Source of the DNA: Mustelus asterias
Lineage: Eukaryota
DNA: 64,000 nt
Reading direction: 5' to 3'
Assembly (NCBI RefSeq): GCF_964213995.1
Contig: NW_027590137.1
Span: 1-64,000, forward strand
The notes beneath the pieces are model-generated. The model worked only from the letters and a program-made list of their open reading frames with translations. It ran no database searches and was not told where the DNA came from. A program made the translations under genes and the position numbers. Of the stretch, positions 11,571 through 22,482 are shown in pieces (the stretch's first letter is position 1; every line of letters begins with the position of its first letter).

Positions 11571-13213
11571 AGTCTGGACGCGCAATGATAAACGGCAGCA
11601 TCAGTCAGGCTCAGATCAAATATACTTAAACTCATGAATTTGTACGAGGTCTGGAGATAGACGTAGAGTCATGAAGTCATAGAGGTTAACAGCATGGATC
11701 CAGGCCCTTCGGCCCAACTTGTCCATGCCGCCCTTTTTAAAAAAAATCCAAAGCTAGTCCCAATCTCCCGCATTTGACCCATATCCCTCTATACCCATCT
11801 TACCCATGTAACTGTCGAAATGCTTTTTAAAAGACAAAATTGTACCCGCTTCTACCACTACCTCTGGCAGCTTGTTCCAGACACTCACCATCCTCTGTGT
11901 GAAAAAAACTGTCCCTCTGGACACTTTTGCATCTCTCCCCTCTCACCTTAAACCTATGCCCTCTAGTTTTAGACTCCCCTACCTTTGGGAAAATATATTG
12001 ACTGTTTAGATGATCCATGCCCCTCATTATTTTATAGACCTCTATAAGATCACCCCTCAACCTTCTACGCTCCGGAGCAAAATTTCCCAGTCTATCCAGC
12101 CTCTCCTTATAACTCAAACCGTCAAGTCTCGGTAGCATCCTAGTAAATCTTTCCTGCACTCTTTCTAGTTTAATAATGTCCTTTTTGTAATAGGGTGAAC
12201 AGAACTGTACACAGTATTCCAAGTGTAGCCTTACCAATGTCTTGTACAACTTCAACAAGACGTCCCAACCCCTGTATTCAATGTTCTGAGCAATGAAACC
12301 AAGCACGCTGAATGTCTTCTTCACCACTCTGTCCACCTGTGGCTCCACTTTCAAGGATCTATGAACCTGTACCTCTAGATCTCTTTGCTCTGTAACTCTT
12401 CTCAATGGCCTACCATTAACTGAGTAAGTCCTGCCCTAGTTCAATTTACCAAAATGCATAACCTCGCATTTATCTAAATTAAACTCCATCTGCCATTCGT
12501 GAGCCCGCTGGCCCAATTTATCAAGATCCCGTTGCAATCCGAGATAACCTTCTTCACTGTCCACTATGCCACCAATCTTCGTGTCAACTGCAAACTTCCT
12601 AAACATGCCTCCTTTTTTCTCACCCAAATCATTAATATAAATGACAAATAACAATGGATCCAGCACTGATCCCTGAGGCTCACCGCTGGTCACAGGCCCC
12701 CAGTTTAAAAAACAACCCTCTACAACCGCCCTGTGGCTTCTGTCATCAAGCCAATTTTGTATCCATTTTTAGCTACCTCCTACAGAGCGACATTAGCTAC
12801 ATAGAAGCGACTTTTAAAAACATCTGCTTTATTTTCAAAACTATCAGTATCTTTCCGCACGATAAACACGGGCTGCGTGTCTGGATGTTGTCGGTACCAG
12901 TACAGCCTACAGTCGCTCTCTGCTCCTTGAAAGTGTAGTCACAGGTGGACAGAGTGGTGAAGAAGACATTCAACGTGCTTGGTTTCATTGCTACATGTTC
13001 AAATCACGATCTCGCCTTCTCTCTTCACATCTGATGTGAGCGGCTGGGTGACAGAATCTCCATGTCTCAAATATGGAAATAACAAAACAGAAAATGGTCA
13101 GAAGGGCGTATGATTAATTTGTGGTCTGGAACCAAGCTTGGGAAACGTGTGAAACAGTGCAATGTTTTTTGCACGTAATTACCTGTCAGGAATGATCCCC
13201 ACAGCAGCTACAT
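11571..13213 (-). pseudogene. TCR alpha/delta-type V pseudogene A (leader ~13183-13213; V exon in three pieces, ~12990-13075, ~12798-12925 and 11571-~11665)
   Basis: Pieces translate to HGDSVTQPLTSDVKREGEIVI*TCS / GAESDCRLYWYRQHPDTQPVFIVRKDTDSFENKADVFKSRF / YVYLQTSYKFMSLSIFDLSLTDAAVYHCASR; donor G|GTAATT; stop codons in the leader and FR1; acceptor apparently mutated. Confidence 0.88.
11664..12780 (-). mobile_element. CR1 LINE 3' fragment inserted in FR3 of V pseudogene A
   Basis: ORFs 12436..12693 (PQGSVL, KFAVDTK) and 11827..12405 (RT C-terminus); acgtaga/acataga near-duplication at the two sides. Confidence 0.94.
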
Positions 13214-14198
13214 TGCCGCTGTCGCTCTGTAAAAGGGGAACTGTGTGTTTGATTCTATCCGGTCTAATCCCCGCCTTCAATAATCAGCTTCCTTTCTCCG
13301 GATGTTCTCAGCTCCCTCCCTTCTGTCTCCAGTGTTGCTGTGTGACACCCAGGTGGTGAGATAACAGACAGTAACCAGACGCACCGTGAGCTGGATTAAC
13401 ATAATCATCCTTACAGAGAGAACTTACACATTTAGCGATTGACTTGGGGAAGAATGTAGAAAAATGGGGTGCAGGAACATGAGAACAGCAGTAGGCCATT
13501 CTGTCCTTCGATTCTGCTTCGTCATTCAGTTAGATCAGGGCTGATCAGCCTGAACGCAACTTTCCGGCGCTATCTGCATAGCGCTTAATGCCATTAGGCT
13601 CCCAAAAGCTGTTGATTTTTTTGAACATGCTCAATAATTGACATTCCACAAAAACCCCTTATTTTCTTACTGTGGCTCGGAAGCTAATGGAGGCTAAATA
13701 GTTCTGTCCTTGTTTTTTTTTTTCTCAATACGTCCATTAGCCTTATTATCAGGACAGTGTTAACAGTGATTCCAGTGAATTTTTTCTGTGTGTGGGACAT
13801 GGATACCACTAGTTGTCCATCGGTAGTTGAGATCAACCACATTGTTTTGGCTTTGGAGTCACGTGTAGGCCAGACCAGGTAAGGACGGCAGATTTAATCC
13901 CCCAAAGTACATGAGTGAACAAAGTGGGTTTTTCCGACAATCGACAATGGCTTCATGGTCGGCAGTAGATTCTTAGTTGTCGATATTGTTTTAGTTGAAT
14001 CGGGTCCGCACAACATTCGCTGAGTTTCTGGATTAATAGTCTCAGGATAATACCCCCTCGGCCATCACCTCTCCTGTTGTGAATATCAGCAATACCGAAA
14101 ATGTATAGAAGCACCACAGAGTGAATCATGCTCTATTTATAGCCCAATATTATTACCATTCTCTGGTCCGTTCATCTTGTCACTCTGGGGCAATGTTT

Positions 14199-14237
14199 TT
14201 TTTTCATACCAGGCTCCCTCTGGTTTCTGTCATTGCG
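14199..14237 (-). promoter_or_regulatory. Degenerate 23-RSS of V segment B
   Basis: CGCAATG + 23 nt + ATGAAAAAA after YYCGLRD; the critical CAC is mutated. Confidence 0.72.
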
Positions 14238-14502
14238 TCTCTCAGTCCACAGTAATACACCGCGCTTTCTGACAGCCGCAGCTCACACATGCTGAAGTTC
14301 CCCTCGCTTTTCGACCTCTCGATATATGCAGAAAATAGTGTTCCCACACCCTTTGCACTGGAAATATCTCCATAATAAGAGATATAGATCAAGAAGATGG
14401 GGGCTTTCTCCGTTCTTTTTGCTGGGAACCTTCTCCCGGTCCTGGCGATACAATTGAATGTAATATGCACCAGCTGCTGTGCCGTTAATCTATTGGTCAC
14501 CG

Positions 14503-15441
14503 GGGCATTGAGTTTAAAAAATGGCGAGTCATATTGCAGCTTTATAGCACGTTAGTTAGGCCGTACTTGGAATATAATTTTCAATTTTGATCGCCACACT
14601 ACCAGAACGATGTTGAGGCTTTGGAGAGGGTGCAGAAAAGATTTACCAGGATGTTGCCTGGCATGGAGAGCATCAGAATCATAGAAACCCTGCAGTACAG
14701 AAGGAGGCCATTCGGCCCATCGAGTCTGCACTGACCACAATCCCACCCAGACCCTACCCCCACATGTACACGTTAATCCCTCAAACCTACGCATCTCAGA
14801 ACTCTAAGGGGCAATTTTAGCATGACTAATAAACCTAACCCGCACATTTTTGGACTGTGGGAGGAAATCCGAGCACCTGGAGGAAACCCACGCTGACACG
14901 AGGAGAATGTGCTTACGCCACAGACCGTGACCAAAGCCGGGAATCAAACCCAGGTCCCTGGAGCTGTGAGGAAGCAGTGCTAACCGCTGTGCTACCATGC
15001 CGCCCATTAGCTAAGAAGAGAAGTTGGAGAAACTTGGTTTGTTCTCACTTGAACGACGGAGGTTGAGGGACGACCTGATACAAGTCTACAAGATTCTGAG
15101 GGGCATGGCTAGAGTGGATAGTCAGAAAGTTTTTCCCAGGGTGGAAGAGTCAATTACTAAGGGGCATAGGTTTAAGGTGCGAGGGGCAAGGTTTAAAGGA
15201 GATTAATGAGGTAAGTTTTACACCGAGTGTGATGGGTGCCTGGAACACGCTGCCGGAGGAGGTAGTGGAAACAGATACGATAGTGACATTTAAGGTGCGT
15301 CCGGACAAATATATGAGTAAGATGGGAATAGAGGGATATGGTCCCCGGAAGGATAGCGGGTTTTAGTTCAGTCGGGCAACATGATCGGTGCAGGCTTGGA
15401 GGGCCTAAGAGCCTGTAACTTTCTTTGTTCTTTGTTCTTTG
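14503..15441 (+). mobile_element. CR1 3' fragment within V pseudogene B, itself interrupted by a SINE
   Basis: ggcattgagtttaaaa...GLFSLERRRLR...; tail ttctttgttctttgttcttt. Confidence 0.9.
14677..15005 (-). mobile_element. HE1/V-SINE-type tRNA-derived SINE
   Basis: Reverse complement of the gggcggcacggtagcac...gtgggtttcctcc...ctatgattct SINE found at 19286. Confidence 0.9.
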
Positions 15442-17150
15442 AGTCCCATTCAAACTTCATCGCTGTAACCGGCTCCTTTGATATTGAGTCTCCAGTAGTG
15501 ACACCGGCAGAAATTTAGAAATATTGAAAGTTAAGGTGTTATTATCATTCTATTGTAACTCATAACATCAGAACACGGATCACATTATCATCTACAGCAA
15601 AGCGGACCTAAATTACTGTCGACATCGCTTGCAAGAAGAAGTTTATGTCCCTTGTAGACTTACCAGGCAAAAGAGCTGAAACAGTGAGAAACGAATACAA
15701 AATGATACCCAACATGTTTGCAGCGAGTTTATTGCGGAATTAAACAGAATGGGTTCAATCTGTAATTTTTTGGGTGAAGATATTTACATGTATTTCCGGT
15801 CTCTCCAGCGATTGGTTAGTTCCCAAACGAATCAACTGGTGACCTCCAATCATGTCCCTGATTCTCCAATTCATCCAATCAGCTCACAGACCCTTTGTTC
15901 TCCAGTTTATTACGTAAGAGCAGGGCCAGTGAATCAATGAAGTTGTTTTCCCCACAGCGGGACCGAAACTGGGATTCACCGCAATGTTGGCCCTTTGGCC
16001 AAGACAGCTTCTGAGGTGGTGACAATGAGGTAAATGGTTAATGTTGTCCTTGTAACAATGTCGGGAGTTCCCATTCAACAGTCTGAATATTTTGCATATC
16101 CTTTTTCACGTTATATGAAATTGAAAATATCTACAACGAAGAACGAATGTTCCAAAATACCCTTTTTGATTTTGATGCCCTTGCATTTAATATCAGCGGG
16201 GTTCTTGTCAAACATTTTGGAGGGCCGAAGGGCCTGTTTCCTGTGCTGTACTGTTCTCAACAGTGGGTGGGGGCGGTGGCCGGGGAAGGGGTGTGCTTCC
16301 ACAGGTTGATCTTCAGATTCAATGTCACCGAGGAGATCCATCTACCTGCCTAAAGGATATTCCTGGAGACCCATCTTCTTTCTCAGGAGGTCCATGTCCA
16401 CCTCAGAATTTCTATTACCTAAATTGACCTCATCCAAAACTCTCGGAGGCAGAGTTCCAGGTCCTGAGCATTCGCTGTGGAAAAAATGTTGCTTCCAAAT
16501 CTTCTTCGCCCCCGCCTTGCCCAATATCTTAAAATTTGCCCCTCCCCCTCCAAACTTGCCCTAATCTAGTCCACCTCGATTAAATCGCTCCTCAATCTCC
16601 TTCGCTCCAATGGACAACAATCCCAGCATCACAAACCAGAAACTTCTGGCTAATTTGAACTTTTCAAAACTAAACTTACTCCAAAGAAATTCCTCCATCT
16701 GATTTAACTGAAATTTGTCAACTTTTAAAAAACATTTCTGTGTATTTTGCTTCTTAAAATTAAACATGTTTAATCAGAGTTCATCAACGTTTTAGAAAGT
16801 GTTTTCACTATTTTGAAAAATGTAATGTTTCCACGTATTTTTCGAGAAATTTCCACCTTTTTAAAAGGTAGGTTAAACTTGCTAACATATTTTCCCCGGA
16901 TACTTTAACGAGAATTCGTCATTTAAAGAAACTATTTTTTAAATAAAAACTTAATTGAACTTTATCAGTATTTTTTTCTTAAAATAGTCAACATTTTTTT
17001 GAACAATCATTGGCTAAGATAAATTTCATCACAGAAGCTGACTGCATTTGGTCAACATTTCTCTGAATTGGTCCAAAATTTGTGAAAACACATTTTTCAT
17101 CCACACGAATATTGTTAAAATCCACATGAACTACTGTTAAATTATTACAC

Positions 17151-17223
17151 CGAGCCAGCCAGGAGTCGAACCTGGAATCTTCTGATCCGTAGTCAGACGC
17201 GTTATCCATTGCGCCACTGGCCC
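17151..17223 (-). tRNA. tRNA-Arg(ACG), intact
   Basis: Reverse complement GGGCCAGTGGCGCAATGGATAACGCGTCTGACTACGGATCAGAAGATTCCAGGTTCGACTCCTGGCTGGCTCG equals the canonical vertebrate sequence as I recall it. Confidence 0.97.
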
Positions 17224-17659
17224 ACAGCCAAGCCGCATGCAGCAATGTTTACATATCGGTCCGAGGCTTCAAAATCGGCAGAAACATGGTCAAAACATTT
17301 TAGTGAGGAAATGTTGCATAATTAAAATTTTCTCTGCTCACTTACAGTAATTCTACTTTGCCTTGAATTGAGTTAACCTGCTGTGTTGGAATTCGAACCC
17401 TGGTTCCCAAAGCTTCAGCCTGCTTCTCTGCTTTATCAATCCAGCGTCAACAACATGACTCGAAACCGTACCCCTCCCGCCAGTGAATCCACGATTGAAT
17501 ATTACCTGAATGTAGTATCTTACAATCATATGACATTGGCCCTTACTTGAGCCTCAAAATACATTCAGGAAAAGACAAAAGTGCGGAAAATTCACGACAA
17601 ACTGAGCAGGAAAGAAGACACACCTATTCTGACTCAGCACGCATGTTATCAGTTTATTC

Positions 17660-18150
17660 AGTGGCTAAAAGAGCAGGGCAGAGGATGGGAATCCTGTGGG
17701 AGTAACTCATCTCCCGACTCCCACAAAACAGTCCACGATCGACGTGGCACAAGTCAGGAGTGCGATAGAATATTCTCCACTTGTCTGCATGATGCAGGAA
17801 TCCACCAAAGGCATTTTAGACAGCATCTCCCAAACCCAAGACCGCTTCCACCTGGCAGCTCCCCTGCCAGCAACCCCCCCCCCCCCGCCCCCTCTCCCCC
17901 CCTCCCCCCTCCAACGCCACACAGCCAACACCACACTCAATTCCCTCAGCATTCTGATTTGGAAATATATCGCCGTTCCTTCACTGTCATTGGGACAAAT
18001 TCGTGGACTTCCCTCCCTAACAGCACTGTAAGTGTACCTGTACAAATGGATTACAACGTTTCAAGAAGGCAGCTCACCACTACTTTCTCAAGGCTAAATA
18101 CTGATGGGCAGTGCATGCTGATCTAGCCAGCGACACCCACATGAACAAAA
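17660..18150 (+). mobile_element. Old non-LTR retrotransposon 3' fragment containing a poly-C tract
   Basis: AQVRSAIEYSPL motif; ggcagctcaccac...ttctcaagg 3' end shared with other copies. Confidence 0.72.
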
Positions 18151-18539
18151 AGAAACATCCAGGCAGCTCACTGAACCCATATCATGGGGCCAGCTGAAGA
18201 GGTGAATGGAGATAAAATGAACGTCAAGTTACATAGCCAACCCTGTTGATCATATCTTTATTTTCGAGCGAGTGTGTTGTGCTGATAGTTTCCTCACAGT
18301 TTGTGCTCAGGTTCTCAAACGAAACCCCATGTGGACCAATCCCAAAGTCTGCAATGCAAAGAAAAAAACAAAATCTGCAGCTCATGAAATCTGATCAAAT
18401 CTTCGTGGGAGAGGGCGGCACAGTGGCTAGTTCTGCTGGCTCACAATACCAGGGACCTGGTTTCGATTCTGGAGTTAGTCACTGTCTATGTGGATGGAGA
18501 TATACAGTTTTTTAAAGTTGCAGCAGTAGCTCACCGATA

Positions 18540-18612
18540 GTCCCAGTAACCTAACGCGTAAGGCACTGGCTTCCTAAACCAGGGAGCATGTGTTCGAGTC
18601 ACTTCTGGGATG
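18540..18612 (+). pseudogene. tRNA-Arg(CCT) pseudogene
   Basis: g.cccagt..cctaa....taaggcactggc.tcctaa.ccaggga....gttcgagtc matches the Arg-CCT backbone; A-box and T-stem damaged. Confidence 0.8.
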
Positions 18613-18697
18613 CGGCTTATTTTAACACTTAGGTGTCCAACATTGGCAAATGCATTTCTTGCCAACTAATCCTGGCTATTTCTGGGCAGATATGTTT

Positions 18698-19018
18698 TGG
18701 GTGGTACATTGGTTAGCACTGCCGCCTCAAAACGCCAGGGTCCGAGGTTCAAATCTGGCATCGGGTCGCTGTCTGTGTGGAGTTTGCACATTCTCCCCGT
18801 ATCTGCATGGGTTTCCTCCGGGTGTTCCGGTTTCCTCCCATTGTCCAAAGATGTGCGGCTAATGTTGATTGACCGTGTTAAATTGGCCCTAGTGTCAGGG
18901 GTATTAGCAGGGTGAATGCATGTAGTTACAGGAGTGGGGCCTGGATGGGATTGTGGTCAGTACAGACTTGATGGGCCGAATTGGCCTTGTTCTGTACTCA
19001 GGGATTCTATGATTCTAA
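18698..19018 (+). mobile_element. HE1/V-SINE-type SINE
   Basis: tggttagcactgc head, V-domain gggtttcctccgggtg, CR1-like tail. Confidence 0.88.
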
Positions 19019-19285
19019 TGGAACCTTATAACATTCTGACCGGATGAAACAGGGTAGATTCAGAAAGAATGTTCACGTTAGTGGGGAGTCCAGGGCTGGG
19101 GATTATAGTTTGAGGATAACGGCTGAGATGATGAGACTTCCTTCAGCCAGAGAGTGGTGAATCTGCAGAGTTCACTCCCACAGAAAGTCGTTGAGGCCAA
19201 ACACTATGATTTCAAGAGAAGTTTAATATACTCTTGGTGCTAAATGGCGGATCAGGGTATTGAATTTGATTATCAGGCACGGTAG

Positions 19286-19620
19286 GGGCGGCACGGTAGC
19301 ACATGGTTAGCACTGCTGCTTCACAGCTCCAGGGTCCCGGGTTCGATTCCCGGCTCGGGTCACTGTCTGTGTGGAGTTTGCACATTCTCTTCGTGTCTGC
19401 GTGGGTTTCCTCCGGGTGCTCCGGTTTCCTCCCACAGTCCAAAGATGTGCGGGTTAGGTTGATTGGCCAGGTTCAAAATTGCCCCTTAGAGTCCTGAGAT
19501 GCGTGGATTAGCGGGTAAATATGTGGGGGTAGGGATAGGGCCTGGGTGAGATTGTGGTCGGTGCAGACTGGATGGGCCGAATGGCCTCCTTCTGCACTGT
19601 CGGGTTTCTATGATTCTATG
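19286..19620 (+). mobile_element. HE1/V-SINE-type SINE, full length
   Basis: gggcggcacggtagcac head, B-box gttcgattcc, V-domain, tail ctatgattctatg. Confidence 0.92.
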
Positions 19621-20039
19621 AACAATGAATGGTAGATGATGTTCCAATGTCCTGCTTCCGATGTTTTGATGTAACAGGGATAAGAAGAAACAGTAGGGTT
19701 AGTCTCGGATTTCAGCTCGGGATCTCGGTGGTTAAGGCATACCAAAATGCGATTCATACCCCTACACGAAGGAGCCTATAAGCAGCCACTGATTGAAAGA
19801 AAAGATGCTCTCTTGGCCATTCAAAGCCGATCAGATAACTGCAGCGAAGGCGGAAGATGCTGCATAAACTTAGGAATTCAGGCAGAATTTGTGGACAGGG
19901 AAACAAAGCTCATCTTTTACGTCCATGGCCTTTCATTACAACAGGAAAAGGTGAAAAATGTGGGAATTTGAAACGACTGAAACTCAGGAGGGAGGAAATG
20001 TAACAACAGGAAGAGTGTGGAAGTCAGGAGAAATGAAAC

Positions 20040-20786
20040 TATTTGATTTAGTTTTATTTATTATTGTCACATGTATTAGTATGCTGTGAAAAGCATTTTT
20101 ACTTGCGCGCTATACAGACAAAGCGTACTGTTCATAGAGAAGGAAACGGGAGTGCAGAATGTGGTATTGCAGTCACTGTCAGGGTGTAGACAAAGATCAA
20201 CTTAATGCAAGGTAATGTCCATTCAAAAGTATGATGGCTGCAGGGAAGAAGCTGTTCTTGAGTCGGCTAGCACGTGACCTCAGACTTCTGTATCTTTGTC
20301 TCGAAGGAAGAAGGTGGAAGAGAGAATGTCCGGGTGCGTGGGGTCCTTAACAATGCTGGCTGCTTTGCCGAGGCAGCAGGAAGCGTAGACAGAATCAATG
20401 GATGGGAGGCTGGTTTGAGTGATGGATTGGACTACATTCACGACCCTTTGTAGTTTATTGCGGTCTTGGGCAGAGCAGGAGCCATATCAAGCTGTGATAC
20501 AACTCGAAAGAATGTTTTCTATGGTGCACCTGTAAATCTTGGTGACAGTCGTAGCTGACATGCCAAATTTCCTAAGTCTTCTGAGAAAGTAGAGGCGTTG
20601 ATGGGCTTTCTTCACTATAGTGTCGGCATGGGAGGCCAGGACAGGTTGTTGGTGATCTGGAGACCTAAAAACCTGAAGCTCTCGACACTTTCTACTTCGT
20701 CCCCTTTGATGGAGACAGGGGCATGTTCTCCTCTACGCTTTCTGAAGTCAATGACAATCTCCGTTTTGTTGACATTGAGGGAGAGA
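20040..20786 (-). mobile_element. Rex-Babar/L2-like non-LTR retrotransposon 3' fragment
   Basis: LSLNVNKTEIVIDFRK...VESVESFRFLG.QITNNLSW; A-rich tail; same family as 63696-63975. Confidence 0.8.
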
Positions 20787-20879
20787 TGACAGAAATGAGA
20801 AAATACTTTGCGGTTCACGGCCTCAGGGTGAGGTCCGCACTAAATCAGAAAATGAGTACACCACAGAATAAGGCCATGC

Positions 20880-21510
20880 TAAGGAATGGCAATATAATTC
20901 CAAGTCAGGATGGTGAGTGACTTGGAGGAGAACTTACAGATGGTGGTGTTCCCATGTGTCTACTACCCTTGTCCTTCTGGATGGAAGTGGTCGTGGGTTT
21001 CGAAGGTGCTGTCTAAGGATCGTTGGTAAATTGCTGCTCTGTATCTTTTAGATAATACACATCGCTGCTCCTGAGCGTCGGTTGTGGCGGGATTGAATGC
21101 TTGAGGATGTGGTGCCAATCAAGCGGGCTGTTTTGTCCTGGATGATGTCAATCTTCTTGTGTGTTGTTGGAGCTGCACCCATCCAGGCGAGGTGGGAATA
21201 TTCCATCACGCTCCTGACTTGTGCCTTGTAGATGGTGGACAGGCTCTGGGGAGTCAGGCGGTGAGTTATTCGCCACAGTATTCCTGGCCTCTGACCTGCT
21301 CTTGTAGCCATTGTGTTTATGTGGCGAGTCCAATTGAGTATCTGGTCAATGGTAACCGTAAGGATGTTAACAATGGGGGATTCAGTGATGGAAAATCTAT
21401 TGACTGTCAAGAGGCGGTGGTTAGATTTTCTCTTATTGGTGATGGACATTGTCTTGCATTTGTGTGGCGCGAATGTTACTTGCCACTTGTCAGCCCAAAG
21501 TCTGATATAA
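20880..21510 (-). mobile_element. Non-LTR (CR1/L2 group) RT C-terminal fragment
   Basis: WADKWQVTFAPHKC...LNWTRHI...IYKAQVRSVMEYS. Confidence 0.85.
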
Positions 21511-21830
21511 TGCAGCACACTGCGGACTTTCAAAATCTGAAATAAAAACAGAAAATACTGGGTTATGTCAGTATTTCTGGAAGTATCTGTGGAGCGAGAA
21601 TCAGAACTAACGCTTCCCGTCCAGCTGTCACGTGGCAGGCGCAGACATGATGGGTGTCCGCGCCTGCCGTGTGGGTGTCCCAGTGGGCTCTATCCGTGCT
21701 GCAAAATTCTGTGCCTTTATGACTCTTTTTCGGAGCCAGTCAGCAGAAAGCCATCCCGCCGTTTGCAACTTAAACAAATCAAAATATCTCCTTTTGAACA
21801 CAATATTTTGGTCAAAACGAAATAAATGAG

Positions 21831-21920
21831 GGGCTCGTCCGGGATTTGAACCCGGGACCTCTTGCATGCTAACGGGGCGAGATACCCTAAGCGAGAATCA
21901 TACCCCTAGACCAACGAGCC
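21831..21920 (-). tRNA. tRNA-Pro(AGG) with an 18-nt intron (21867-21884)
   Basis: GGCTCGTTGGTCTAGGGGTATGATTCTCGCTTAGGG[TATCTCGCCCCGTTAGCA]TGCAAGAGGTCCCGGGTTCAAATCCCGGACGAGCCC; exons canonical except one anticodon-stem mismatch; TTTT about 14 nt downstream. Confidence 0.88.
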
Positions 21921-22453
21921 TGCACGTTATTAGCCAGCAAAATAAAAATTGTTTAACTTTCTACAAAGCAGTTCTGACACCTCGAGTGAAAGCCGAAATT
22001 GTTTAAATAACTCACCGCATCAGCATTTGTGGACTTTAAGCACCAGCAAAATATCCGCCCAATATTGTTACCTCGACTGTTTGCAACTGGGGTTTTTTGT
22101 TTATAAAGTACACATGTTACAGTCAATAATTTTAACCCAGCGACTTCAACATGTGACAACTCTGAGTCTGCCTTCGATATTTGATCACTTTTGAAAGGTG
22201 TGGTCTGTCTGATGACATGGTTCACCTGGGAGATCTGAGGGTTTGTGTGAAAGGATCGGGGAGCGATTGGACTTGATGTGATAGTAAGATGAGTAAAAAC
22301 ATGTCAAATTTCCCAACAGTGACAATCAGTAACCTCAGTGAGGGAAAACACTCAGACGGGGCTGTATTGTCACGTTCACTATGAGTAAATTTTCTCTGAA
22401 GGTTAACCCCATGTGTTGTCCTGACAATGAATCATTGACTATCGACCTGTGCC

Positions 22454-22482
22454 AGATTTTGTATGAAGCTTCATGTACTGTG
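22454..22482 (-). promoter_or_regulatory. RSS of V segment C with an apparent 13-bp spacer
   Basis: CACAGTA + CATGAAGCTTCAT + ACAAAATCT directly after YYCALRA. Confidence 0.65.

Larger units (their letters stand above)
14238..15715 (-). pseudogene. TCR alpha/delta-type V pseudogene B (leader 15664-15715; V exon ~15443-15504 and 14238-~14502, split by CR1)
   Basis: Leader MLGIILYSFLTVSALLP + G|GTAAGT; VTTGDSISKEPVTAMKFEWDS; YYIQLYRQ (conserved Trp replaced by Leu); KAPIFLIY...LRLSESAVYYCGLR; acceptor AG mutated to CG; frameshifts. Confidence 0.9.

Noticed and set aside
11200-11620. Plus-strand V relic (INC...IHWY...DSAVCF; CGCAATG)
   Set aside because: Cys-Trp spacing is too short and frames are inconsistent; 11532-11665 is fully explained by the minus-strand V and its RSS.
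18650-19497. Repeated small ORFs such as STAASQLQGPGFDSRLGSLSVWSLHIL and RKPEHPEETHADT
   Set aside because: Translations of SINE sequence found throughout the window.
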